Source: a virus (lineage: Duplodnaviria > Caudoviricetes). Taken from it: a stretch of DNA of 57,632 nt. Under the pieces are notes generated by a model. It saw nothing but the letters and a program-made list of their open reading frames with translations. It was not told where the DNA came from and did no database searches. Each line of letters starts with the position of its first letter. Within the stretch, counting starts at the first letter, position 1. Positions 1-7,630 of this stretch are shown one piece after another. The stretch lies in IMG/VR virus record IMGVR_UViG_3300028596_000014, positions 1-57,632 of that record; one strand, 5' to 3'. The position numbers were made by a program, and so were the translations under genes.

Positions 1-11
1 GGGCGAGTACC

Positions 12-137
12 GCGCCGTCGTCGGCGCGGTACTCGCCCCGGTTGATGTCGTCGATGAGCGCCTGCGCGAACCGGCCGGGGCACGCCGTCTGCGCGCCCGG
101 GGCGTCCTGGTGGCCGCCCGCGAGCCGGGCCGACTTC
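12..137. repeat. 126-bp terminal overlap identical to 57507..57632 (circular assembly overlap)
   Basis: Direct comparison of both ends. The repeat falls inside a CDS. Confidence 0.95.
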
Positions 138-541
138 CACCAGCCCCGGGCGACGCCGAGCCGCAGCAGGCCGTCCACGGCCTCCAGCATGGGGCGCGGC
201 GGGGTGACCTTGTCGTAGTTGCCCACGAGCACGATGTTGACCGTCGGCGTGTTGTACCCAGCGATCGCAGCGCCCACGCGGTCGATGCTGACGCCCTCGA
301 ACACGAGGCCCACCGGGGTGATCGGGAAGTGGTACGACACGCCTGCGCCGAACCGCTTCTGGCCGATGTCCTCCAGCGTGCGGATCGCTGCGTAGTCGTC
401 GGTGAACGGCGGCAGCAGGTCGGGCGCAACCGTCACCGAGTGGTGGAGGTAGACGTCCAGGTCGCCCACGGGCCGGTACCCGAACCCGTCGGCGTAACGC
501 GCGCCCCAGTCGGGCCGCTGGATGATGTTGGGGGTGCTCAT
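12..541 (-). CDS. Endolysin, N-terminal part (Amidase_2/PGRP-like N-acetylmuramoyl-L-alanine amidase); continues across the circular junction into 57506..57107
   Basis: Missing from the ORF track. Manual translation from ATG 541 gives MSTPNIIQRPDWGAR...VYLHHS...SYHF...GGHQD...TACPG, the Zn-amidase His/His/Cys pattern. It joins in frame to the end of the window, 309 aa in total. Confidence 0.9.
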
Positions 542-560
542 GTACGCATCGTAACTTGCC

Positions 561-622
561 CGTTCTTCTCTCATCACGTTATGCTCGCGCCGCAGGCGCG
601 CATAAGTGATGATGGAAGAACG
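561..622. repeat. Long palindrome family, copy P1
   Basis: cgttcttc-tc-tcatcac...gtgatga-tg-gaagaacg with a self-complementary core. Lies just upstream of the lysin -10 box TACGAT (553..548). Confidence 0.8.
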
Positions 623-630
623 AACTACGC

Positions 631-660
631 AAAGAGCCCCGGCCGGTTGGCCGGGGCTCT
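631..660 (-). terminator. Intrinsic terminator after the DUF932 gene
   Basis: 12-bp stem agagccccggcc/ggccggggctct followed by a short T run on the minus strand. Confidence 0.7.
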
Positions 661-674
661 CGTCTTGCGGAGGG

Positions 675-1694
675 TCAGACGCTGACCGCGATGTCCTGCG
701 CCATGCGGGAGGCCGAGGCCACCAGGCGATCACGGTCCAGGAACGACCGGCGGAACAGGTTCTCGGCCCGGTCGGCGTCGGTCTTGCCGCGCGTCGAGCG
801 GAAGTGCTGGCTGTACTCGACCGCACCCTGGACCAGGCCGTAGGCCGTGTTCTTCACGCCCTCGCTGGTCTCGCTGGCGAAGATCGTGCGCAGGTCGGCC
901 CGCGCCGTCTCGATGTTGGTCAGGACGCGCTTGCTGACGATCTGCGCCTCCGGCGCCGGGACGAAGCGCTCGATGAACTCCTCGCGCTGCGCGTCGGTGA
1001 TCCGCATGGTCAGCAGGTGCTCGTTGAACACCTTCCACTCCTCGACGGAGACCCGCCACATGGCGAGCGCCTGCTTGGCCTCCTCGATGCGGTCCTTCAC
1101 GTTCTTCGTGTGCCGGAAGACAATCTCCGTGCCGTGCGCCTTGGCGGACATGTCGGCCATCCGCGAGGTGTTGGCGCAGACGATGCGCGTGTTGATCGCC
1201 TGGCCCCGGAACGAGCCGCCGCCGTCGTGGCTGTTCTGGAGGGCGAAGTACTGGAGCGTCGCGCCGTTCGGGTCGCCCTTGAGGGTCAGGGGCTCGTCGA
1301 GGCGGAGCAGCAGCCACACCTGGCGGCCACCGCGCAGCGTGCCGCCGGTCTCGTAGCGGACGTCGCCGCCGAGCCCGGCCACGGCCTCCGCGATGTCGTA
1401 CATCTCGGAGTTGGTGACGATGCCGAGCGTGTCGTTCGTGACGCCGATGTGCCCGCCGTTGTCGCTGCGGACGACCTCCTGCTGGCCCTCGATGGGCTCG
1501 TAGGTGACCGTCGGCATCCCGTCCGGGCCGAAGCCGGGCACCTGCCGGAAGACCGGGGCGGTGATCGGCTCCCACGGGTGGGCGATCTGCTGCGCCTCCT
1601 CGCGGGTCGGGTACTCGCTGAGCACCGTGCCCAGGCCGTGCCACGGCATCTCGCGGACGGAGAACATGTTGTCGGTGCTGGTGATCTCGTGCAT
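675..1694 (-). CDS. DUF932-family phage/plasmid protein
   Basis: MFSVREMPWHGLG, NSHDG, RIVCANT, FRHT and TAYGLVQGAVEY motifs. Start moved to ATG 1694, which has an RBS (AAGGGAG). Confidence 0.85.
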   Translation of the reverse strand: MHEITSTDNMFSVREMPWHGLGTVLSEYPTREEAQQIAHPWEPITAPVFRQVPGFGPDGMPTVTYEPIEGQQEVVRSDNGGHIGVTNDTLGIVTNSEMYDIAEAVAGLGGDVRYETGGTLRGGRQVWLLLRLDEPLTLKGDPNGATLQYFALQNSHDGGGSFRGQAINTRIVCANTSRMADMSAKAHGTEIVFRHTKNVKDRIEEAKQALAMWRVSVEEWKVFNEHLLTMRITDAQREEFIERFVPAPEAQIVSKRVLTNIETARADLRTIFASETSEGVKNTAYGLVQGAVEYSQHFRSTRGKTDADRAENLFRRSFLDRDRLVASASRMAQDIAVSV

Positions 1695-1722
1695 GGGGTG
1701 CTCCCTTGGGGTGGTGTTGCTT

Positions 1723-1740
1723 TGTGCTGACATACGTAAC
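1723..1740 (-). promoter_or_regulatory. 18-bp motif GTTACGTATGTCAGCACA copy 1 (TTGCCC-N17-TAGTGT promoter)
   Basis: Exact motif overlapping the -10 box, upstream of the 1694 start. Confidence 0.9.
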
Positions 1741-1793
1741 ACTACCCCCATCAGTAAGACGGGGCAACTCCAAACGATAACGGTCATGTTACG

Positions 1794-1828
1794 AAAAAGC
1801 GGCCCGACCTCCACAGAGGCCGGGCCGC
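1794..1828 (-). terminator. Intrinsic terminator
   Basis: gcggcccggcctc...gaggtcgggccgc followed by TTTTT on the minus strand. Confidence 0.7.
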
Positions 1829-1830
1829 CA

Positions 1831-1995
1831 TCACGCCTTGCTGATGCGGTCGTTGCTGATCAGGAACGGCACGCCGCGCACGCGGACGATCGTGAAGCCG
1901 CCCTTGCTGTCGGCGTCTGCGACGCCCGCGTGCGGCGGGCTGCCGGGGTTGTCGGCCTGCACCCACACCAGGTCGCCCTTGCTGAACGAGGCCAT
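1831..1995 (-). CDS. Hypothetical protein, 54 aa (MASFSKGDLVWV...)
   Basis: Manual translation. Starts immediately after the stop of the upstream gene. Confidence 0.65.
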   Translation of the reverse strand: MASFSKGDLVWVQADNPGSPPHAGVADADSKGGFTIVRVRGVPFLISNDRISKA

Positions 1996-1996
1996 C

Positions 1997-2317
1997 TCAC
2001 ACGCCTTCGTCGATCAGGACGCGCAGCGTGGCGCAGGGCCACTGCCCGCCGCACTCCCCGCAGCGGCGCAGGTCGCGCGGCTCCCGAGACTCGACGACCT
2101 CGTCCGAGAAGGTGTGCACCGTCCAGCAGCAGATGCCGTCCCGGTGCTCGCTCGGCAGGTGCCCGTTCGGCTCCGTGCAGAACAGCCGGGCCTCGTGGGT
2201 GCCGCTGCCGAGGGAGTGCTTCACCGACAGCGTGGCGCGGGCGCCGCACTGGATCGTGCCGGTGGGCTGGTGGATCGTGCGCAGGGCGGCGGAGATGGCC
2301 GTCAGAGTGCCGGTCAT
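1997..2317 (-). CDS. Hypothetical Cys/His-rich protein
   Basis: ATGA overlap with the upstream gene. C-terminal CGECGGQWPC motif. Confidence 0.65.
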   Translation of the reverse strand: MTGTLTAISAALRTIHQPTGTIQCGARATLSVKHSLGSGTHEARLFCTEPNGHLPSEHRDGICCWTVHTFSDEVVESREPRDLRRCGECGGQWPCATLRVLIDEGV

Positions 2318-2958
2318 GACCGGGCCTCGTACTCGTCTGCCAGCATGTCCTGCGCAGCGCGCCCGACCTCGGCCAGGCCGAGCAGCGCCTCCAGCGTGTC
2401 CGCCTTGATGGTCAGCACGTCGGTGTCTCGGCTCATGCGGCTGCGCTCCACCCGGAACGACGTCAGGATGCCTAGGTCCCGCACCCGCTCGTTGATCCGG
2501 CCCTCGCGCTCTCGGAGCCGCGCCTTCTCGGCGTTGGCCGCCTTGCGCTCCTCGGCCTTCCGGTCGCGGACCGCCTGCATCTTGTCCTCGGCGTCCTCCC
2601 AGGTCGTCACGAGCATCCTGGTCTCGGTGACCTCGGGGTCGCCCCAATGCCCCGGAACGTGGTCCTGCGGCTTGATCCACGAGCGGATCAGGACGAGGTT
2701 GCCCTTGTCACGGTAGCCCCGGCTCTTGTCCCGGCGCCGGTAGCGCTTCGGGACGATCAGGTGCGGGGCCTCGGGGCTGCCCGGGTCCGGCACGGTGTCC
2801 GGGTCGGACTCGTCGTGCGTGGCCTGCCAGTGCGCCTGGACGAGCCACGGCTCGGCGTCGAGCACCTGCACCCGGGTGACGTAGGACGGGTACTCGGCCC
2901 AGTCCTTCACGCGGGACTCGGCGTACTCGACGCCGACCTGGATCTTGCTGCGCTGCAT
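2314..2958 (-). CDS. Hypothetical protein, 214 aa
   Basis: RBS GGAGAA, phage-like codon usage. Confidence 0.7.
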   Translation of the reverse strand: MQRSKIQVGVEYAESRVKDWAEYPSYVTRVQVLDAEPWLVQAHWQATHDESDPDTVPDPGSPEAPHLIVPKRYRRRDKSRGYRDKGNLVLIRSWIKPQDHVPGHWGDPEVTETRMLVTTWEDAEDKMQAVRDRKAEERKAANAEKARLREREGRINERVRDLGILTSFRVERSRMSRDTDVLTIKADTLEALLGLAEVGRAAQDMLADEYEARS

Positions 2959-3013
2959 GGTGTTCTCCCTGGGGGACGGGGCGGGCCGCCGGTCGACGGC
3001 CCGCCGGAGTGGT

Positions 3014-3550
3014 TCAGGAGTGCGAGAGGACGGTGACCTTGCCGGGGTGGACGCCGAACCGCGCCGTCGAGCGCTTGCTGTGCCCGAGCAGGTCGAGCGT
3101 GAGGGTGCCGTCGCTCGGGTCCACGTACCGGACCGACCACTTGGCCGCCTCGCCCTTGGCGAGGAACGGCTTGGTGTAGGACACGACGTCGCCGCGCTGC
3201 GGGCCGGTCGGGGCCGGGGCGTCGGGCACCTCCGCCTTGCCGCAGTCCATGCACACGCTGACGCCGTCGAGACCGGGGATGGCCGCCATCTCGTGGCCGC
3301 TCTCGCAGAGGTCCGGCAGGTCGGACAGCGCCTTGACCTGGCCGCCCGCCTTCTTGATCAGCGTGGCGAGGCCGAAGCCGTTCTTGAGGTTGTGGTCGCC
3401 CCGGACGCCGACGCGGGCGTCCGTCATGTGGTACGCCTCGTGGCTCGTGACGAACGACGGCGTCCCGGCGCGGCGGAGCGCGGCGTAGGTGTGCGTCATG
3501 TTGTCGACGTGGGCGTGGCGGCGGGCGCGGCGGGTGGTGTTGCGGCTCAT
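3014..3550 (-). CDS. Hypothetical protein, 178 aa (MSRNTTRR...)
   Basis: RBS AGGAGG before ATG 3550. First gene after motif copy 2. Confidence 0.75.
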   Translation of the reverse strand: MSRNTTRRARRHAHVDNMTHTYAALRRAGTPSFVTSHEAYHMTDARVGVRGDHNLKNGFGLATLIKKAGGQVKALSDLPDLCESGHEMAAIPGLDGVSVCMDCGKAEVPDAPAPTGPQRGDVVSYTKPFLAKGEAAKWSVRYVDPSDGTLTLDLLGHSKRSTARFGVHPGKVTVLSHS

Positions 3551-3578
3551 GGTGTTCCTCCTGGTTTGGGTGCTGCGT

Positions 3579-3596
3579 TGTGCTGACATACGTAAC
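3579..3596 (-). promoter_or_regulatory. 18-bp motif copy 2 (TTGCCC-N16-TAATGT)
   Basis: Exact motif. Confidence 0.9.
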
Positions 3597-3644
3597 ATTA
3601 GCACGTCAGCAAGGGAGGGCAACACCAAACATGTTACGAACAGG

Positions 3645-3959
3645 TTACGACTCCGGCAGGAGCGCGAGCGCCTCCTCGACGCTGAGCACGACGTCAGCCA
3701 CGGCGCCTGCCGCCCGCAGGTCCGCGATGCGCTTGCGCTGCCGGACCGTCGCGCGGTCGCGCGCGTGCGCCTCGCTCTCGCCGGTGCGCCGCTTCTTCAC
3801 CTCGAAGCCGTAGTACCGGCCGCGCAGGATCACGGCCATGTCCGGCAGCCCGCCGGACTGGTACGGGCCGCCTGCGATCTTGACGACGTAGGCGTCCGGG
3901 AACCGGCGCAGGATCGCGCGGGTGATGCTCGCGGTGAGCGTGCCCTCGGGCTGGCCCAT
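3645..3959 (-). CDS. VRR-NUC domain nuclease (Holliday-junction resolvase-like)
   Basis: GLPD...GFEVK PD-(D/E)XK pattern and Q..RI..L..AG. RBS AGGAGG. Confidence 0.85.
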   Translation of the reverse strand: MGQPEGTLTASITRAILRRFPDAYVVKIAGGPYQSGGLPDMAVILRGRYYGFEVKKRRTGESEAHARDRATVRQRKRIADLRAAGAVADVVLSVEEALALLPES

Positions 3960-4043
3960 GGGTCCTCCTGGAGACGAGAGTGGCCCGCCCCGGAGTGAGT
4001 GCGGGGCGGGCCGTGCGGCAGCCGGTGAAGGGCGGCCGACGCG

Positions 4044-4114
4044 AGGCGCTGGCGGGAGTTGAACCCGCTTGTCCGGCTTTGCAGGCCGTTCCCTGGCCGT
4101 TCGGGCACAGCGCC
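4044..4114 (-). tRNA. tRNA-Cys(GCA)
   Basis: Acceptor stem GGCGCTG/CAGCGCC, anticodon loop CTGCAAA, T arm GCGGG-TTCAACT-CCCGC, U73 discriminator. Confidence 0.85.
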
Positions 4115-4115
4115 T

Positions 4116-4191
4116 TGGCTGGCCGCTCAGGATTTGAACCTGAACCTCCCTGGGTAACAACCAGGTGCGCTGCCAGTTACGCCAGCGGCCA
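4116..4191 (-). tRNA. tRNA-Asn(GTT) with encoded CCA
   Basis: Acceptor stem TGGCCGC/GCGGCCA, anticodon arm CCTGG-TTGTTAC-CCAGG, T arm TCAGG-TTCAAAT-CCTGA, G73 then CCA. Confidence 0.9.
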
Positions 4192-4192
4192 T

Positions 4193-4335
4193 AAAACGTG
4201 ACCCCGGGCCGCTATCTGGACCCGGGGCCACGCTGGTACAGGCGGTCGGTGGTCCGCCTGGACTGAGGCCGGGACGGGGAGAACCAGAAGGTTGAGTGTC
4301 AGCACAACCACCATCTCTACCCGCCCCGGCGGTCT
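4193..4335 (-). ncRNA. Putative structured sRNA / 3' UTR element with three hairpins, antisense to the motif-derived leaders
   Basis: Stems 4268-4330, 4239-4260 and 4197-4232, the last followed by TTTT. Several mismatches are G-U only on the minus strand. The first hairpin apex reads GUUGUGCUGACA. Confidence 0.4.
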
Positions 4336-4345
4336 GAACCCTACC

Positions 4346-4996
4346 TCAGAGGCTGATGTCGGAGAGCGACAGCGTCTCCGGCTCGGCAGCCTGCGGGCGG
4401 GCGGTGGCCGGGGCGTCGTCCTCGGCCGGGGTCTCGGCGGCCCCCTGCGCCGTCGTGAACTCCTTGACCGGCTCGGCGGCGACCTCGGCCACCTCGGGCT
4501 CGGCCATCTCGTTCTCGATCGAGTTGGCCTCGTCGTAGGGCACCTCGGCGGGCTCCTCGACGACCACGTCCTGCACCTCCTCGACGGCGGTGCCGGAAGC
4601 GGCGGCGTCGGCCACGTAACGGCTGTAGCCGTCGACCTGGCTGTTGGCCGGGCGGCCCCGGTACGGCTCGCCCAGCGAGACGTCGATGAGCACCTTGCGG
4701 CGCATCCACTGGTCGGGGTTGATCGAGAGCCGCTTCTTCGGCGTGGGCAGGCCCAGGCCGTTGAGGAAGCCGACGATCTTGAAGAGGCCCTTGCCGTTGG
4801 TGACGAGCCGGTCGATGAGCACGCTGCCCGCGTACGGCCCCTCCATGATCCGGAGCCAGACGGTGAACATGTCCGCCCCGGAGGCCTTCGACTTGCCGAG
4901 TTCGTAGTCGTCGACCTGCACGAGGTACTTACCGTCCGGGACGGTGTCACCGATCATCGGCTTGTAGCCGGACAGGTCCAGGGTGTATGCACCCAT
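4346..4996 (-). CDS. DUF669-like / ssDNA-binding protein with acidic tail
   Basis: VPDGKYLVQV..ELGKSK.SG..M..V.LRI.EGPYAG pattern, long acidic C-terminus, adjacent to the AAA ATPase. Confidence 0.7.
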   Translation of the reverse strand: MGAYTLDLSGYKPMIGDTVPDGKYLVQVDDYELGKSKASGADMFTVWLRIMEGPYAGSVLIDRLVTNGKGLFKIVGFLNGLGLPTPKKRLSINPDQWMRRKVLIDVSLGEPYRGRPANSQVDGYSRYVADAAASGTAVEEVQDVVVEEPAEVPYDEANSIENEMAEPEVAEVAAEPVKEFTTAQGAAETPAEDDAPATARPQAAEPETLSLSDISL

Positions 4997-5033
4997 TTGT
5001 TTCTCTTTTCTGTGAGGGTTGTTGCTGTTTGTG

Positions 5034-5876
5034 CTACTTGCTTGCGGCCTTGGCCGCAGGCATACCGCCGATGCCGAGCGTCGTCCCGAGGGAGACGAGC
5101 GACAGCGGGGCCTTCCGACCCAGCACGGGCGGGATCCGACCGTGCAGGTGCGCCGGGACGCGCGCCTTGATGCGGTAGTCGATGTCGTTGCCGAACCGAG
5201 CGACGTGCCGCTCCTTGGGGTTGCCGTCCTCGTCGCTCTGGTCGAAGTCGGCCTCGGCCTCGCAGAACATCACGTAGTCCGGGGCGGCCAGGGTGATCGA
5301 CTGCGCACCCTTCTGCACGTCCACGGTGCGCGTGATGGTGTTGTTGACCTCGTCCTGCGTGACCTTCGTCTGCGCCGTCAGGATGACGTGCATCGGGTTG
5401 GGCCGCTCGGCGTCGGCCAGCGAGTACCAGAACGTCGGGATGTCGCTCATGATGTCGAGCGCCTGGCCCCAGGTGCGCTGGTCGGCCGGGGCGGTGCCCT
5501 GCCCGATTTCACGCACTGCCGTCTCGCTGTGGCCCAGCAGGAACCGCATCGTGGCCTTCTGGACGCCGGTCAGGGAGTCGAGGATGACCGCCTTGAAGCC
5601 GCCCTCGCCCTTGTCCAGCGCGTAGAAAATCTCGTCCAACTGCTTGATGGACTTGGGCCGGACGATGGTGATGTTCTTCGCCCACGGCGTCCCGACGAAC
5701 GACCGGGTGCCGCGCTCGCCGCGCATGTCCACCAGCAGCGTCTTGCCGAGGGCTGCGATCGTGCTCGCGAGGTACGTCTTGCCGCTGCCCTGGCTGCCGT
5801 GCAGCAGGAAGCGACCGTAGTCCTCACCGATGTCCTCGACGCCGTACAGCGTGAGGCCCGCGATCGTGTTGCTCAT
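5034..5876 (-). CDS. AAA_24 / Sak4-like ATPase (recombination)
   Basis: Walker A GSQGSGKT, Walker B VILDSLT. Start ATG 5876. Confidence 0.85.
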   Translation of the reverse strand: MSNTIAGLTLYGVEDIGEDYGRFLLHGSQGSGKTYLASTIAALGKTLLVDMRGERGTRSFVGTPWAKNITIVRPKSIKQLDEIFYALDKGEGGFKAVILDSLTGVQKATMRFLLGHSETAVREIGQGTAPADQRTWGQALDIMSDIPTFWYSLADAERPNPMHVILTAQTKVTQDEVNNTITRTVDVQKGAQSITLAAPDYVMFCEAEADFDQSDEDGNPKERHVARFGNDIDYRIKARVPAHLHGRIPPVLGRKAPLSLVSLGTTLGIGGMPAAKAASK

Positions 5877-5956
5877 CTGTCTCCAGTTGTTCGTGGGTGA
5901 GGTCCCTCTGACCTTGACCCTACATACGTAAGCATACGCTACCCGGCGAGGGTCGG

Positions 5957-6154
5957 CTACTCGGCCTCCGGCGGGAGCGCTGCGCGCACCGCTGCGTCCT
6001 TGGATTCGAGCAGTTTGCGCAGCGCCACGGTCCTCTCGGGGCTGCGCGGCAGGCTCGCCACCAGGCCGTGAGCGAGCGTGTGGAACGGCTCGCTCACGGC
6101 CCGGAGCGGCTGCGGCAGGTGGTCGAACGCGAAGTACCTCAGGATCGGTTCCAT
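5957..6154 (-). CDS. Small helical-hairpin protein (possibly Acb2/Tad1-like fold)
   Basis: ILRYFAFDHLP...LPRSPERTVALRKLLESKDAAVRA, recognised as a widespread phage protein pattern. Confidence 0.7.
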   Translation of the reverse strand: MEPILRYFAFDHLPQPLRAVSEPFHTLAHGLVASLPRSPERTVALRKLLESKDAAVRAALPPEAE

Positions 6155-6163
6155 CCAGGCAGG

Positions 6164-7297
6164 CTACGCCTTCTCGGCCAGGCCGTAGGAGGCGGGCTCC
6201 AGCCGCCGGTTGGTGCGCATCTCGTCGAGGCAGAGGTGCACGAAGTCGCAGCCCTTGCAGCCGGTGCGCGACAGGTTCCGGGCGACCGGCCCGCGCGTCG
6301 GGTCGTTGAACCGGCGCGACGCCTCCGCCTGGCCCTCGGCCGTGGCAACGGCCTCCTGGAGGTGGCCGCGCACCATGCGCGGGTTCACCGGGTCGAGCGT
6401 GCGCCGGTTCCACTTGTCGCGCTCGCCGGGCGCCTGCAACTTCTCGACCACCTTCGGGTCGCGCAGGTACTCGCCCGCCCCGCTGCCGTCCTTCTTGAGG
6501 CCCGGGAACGGCACCGGCTCCTCGGTGAAGTCGAGGTACTTGTCCAGGTCGTAGTCCGTGACGGACGCCGACAACTTGCCCGCCTTGGTGACGGCGGGCT
6601 GCGCGGCAGGCTTGCTGCGGGCACGGTCGTAGCCGACGGCCTTCACGTCGATCTTGAGGTGCACCGACACGCCCCAGGCGTAGAGGTGCAACTGCGAGTC
6701 GAGCAGGTCGTCCAGGGACTCGGTGGTGGCGATGGTGCCGTTGGTCTTGTGGTCGCGGACGACGACGAGCCCCAGGCGCTTGTCGTAGTAGACCTCGTCC
6801 ACGCGGCCCCGCAGCACGACGCCGGTGTCCGCGATCGGCACCTCGAACTGAACCTCGACCGCGAGAACCACCTCGTTCTCGCGGGACTCCCGGCCCCAGG
6901 CCGCCTCCCACCTGCGGTCCATCTCCGCGAGGTGCTCAGGCAGCGGCGCGCCCATCTTGTCCAGCCACCGCTCCTGGTCGTCGGCGGGCATCGCCTGCCA
7001 GTAGCGCGCGGCGGCGAGCAGCACGTCCGAGCCGGTGAGCGTGTCGGTGACCGGCAGGACCGGCCCCTTGTCGCCCGTGGAGACCTCGTCCGGCAGGTAC
7101 ATCGGCTCCTTGCCCTGGACCCGGCTGCGGGCGATGGCGTCGGCCGCGCGCAGCGCGTGCCACCACGAGCCGAACTCGCGGGTGATCAGATCGGTGACGG
7201 CGGCGGGCCGCAGGCGGCGGAGGCTGCTGTACTCGTACTTCTTGGGGCAGGCTCGGTAGGTGCCGAGGCTGCTCGGGGAGACTGCGATCGTGGGCAT
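6164..7297 (-). CDS. Cas4/RecB-like PD-(D/E)XK exonuclease
   Basis: SPSSL..Y..CP..Y, LRGRVD, VRDHKT, QL.LY and C-terminal CKGCDFVHLC (Fe-S-type Cys cluster). RBS AAGGAG. Confidence 0.88.
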   Translation of the reverse strand: MPTIAVSPSSLGTYRACPKKYEYSSLRRLRPAAVTDLITREFGSWWHALRAADAIARSRVQGKEPMYLPDEVSTGDKGPVLPVTDTLTGSDVLLAAARYWQAMPADDQERWLDKMGAPLPEHLAEMDRRWEAAWGRESRENEVVLAVEVQFEVPIADTGVVLRGRVDEVYYDKRLGLVVVRDHKTNGTIATTESLDDLLDSQLHLYAWGVSVHLKIDVKAVGYDRARSKPAAQPAVTKAGKLSASVTDYDLDKYLDFTEEPVPFPGLKKDGSGAGEYLRDPKVVEKLQAPGERDKWNRRTLDPVNPRMVRGHLQEAVATAEGQAEASRRFNDPTRGPVARNLSRTGCKGCDFVHLCLDEMRTNRRLEPASYGLAEKA

Positions 7298-7317
7298 GGG
7301 GCTCCTTGGGTGGGGTC

Positions 7318-7375
7318 GTTCTTCTTTCATCATCACCACACCCCCTACGGGGGAGGGTGATGATGAAAGAAGAAC
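7318..7375. repeat. Long palindrome family, copy P2 (perfect 20-bp arms)
   Basis: gttcttctttcatcatcacc (7318-7337) and ggtgatgatgaaagaagaac (7356-7375), core ccccc-tac-ggggg. Confidence 0.9.
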
Positions 7376-7630
7376 AGAGACGGTACAGAGGGCGGTACAA
7401 ACCGGCAGGTCAGGGCTGGAGGTAGGGTTCTGGAACCGTCCCGCCGTGCCCTCGCTGGAGGTGCGCACCGCGCCGTGTGTTGACTAAAGTATCATGTGCT
7501 CGGCCCCTCCACGGGGCCTCGGTGAAAGGAACCACATGACCCTGGAAATGCCGAAGGGCTGCGCCCCCAGACGCAGCCCTTCACGTAACAGCAACCCCAC
7601 CCCGACCGTGTGCGATGAAAGGACGGCGGG

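Noticed and set aside
1-38. Perfect 17-bp fold-back at the very start (1-17 pairs with 22-38), suggesting a hairpin telomere
   Set aside because: Bases 1-11 disagree with the other copy of this region (57496-57506), the site lies inside the endolysin, and no protelomerase is encoded. Most likely a chimeric read-end artefact.
4997-5040. AGCACAAACAGCAAC upstream of the SSB-like gene as another motif copy
   Set aside because: Only ~7 nt match and it may be a generic A/C-rich translational enhancer. It is a caveat for the RNA-level reading of the motif's 3' half.
6164-7297. Cas4-like gene plus dispersed repeats as a CRISPR system
   Set aside because: No repeat-spacer array and no other cas genes. 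Solo Cas4-like exonucleases are normal in phage recombination modules.
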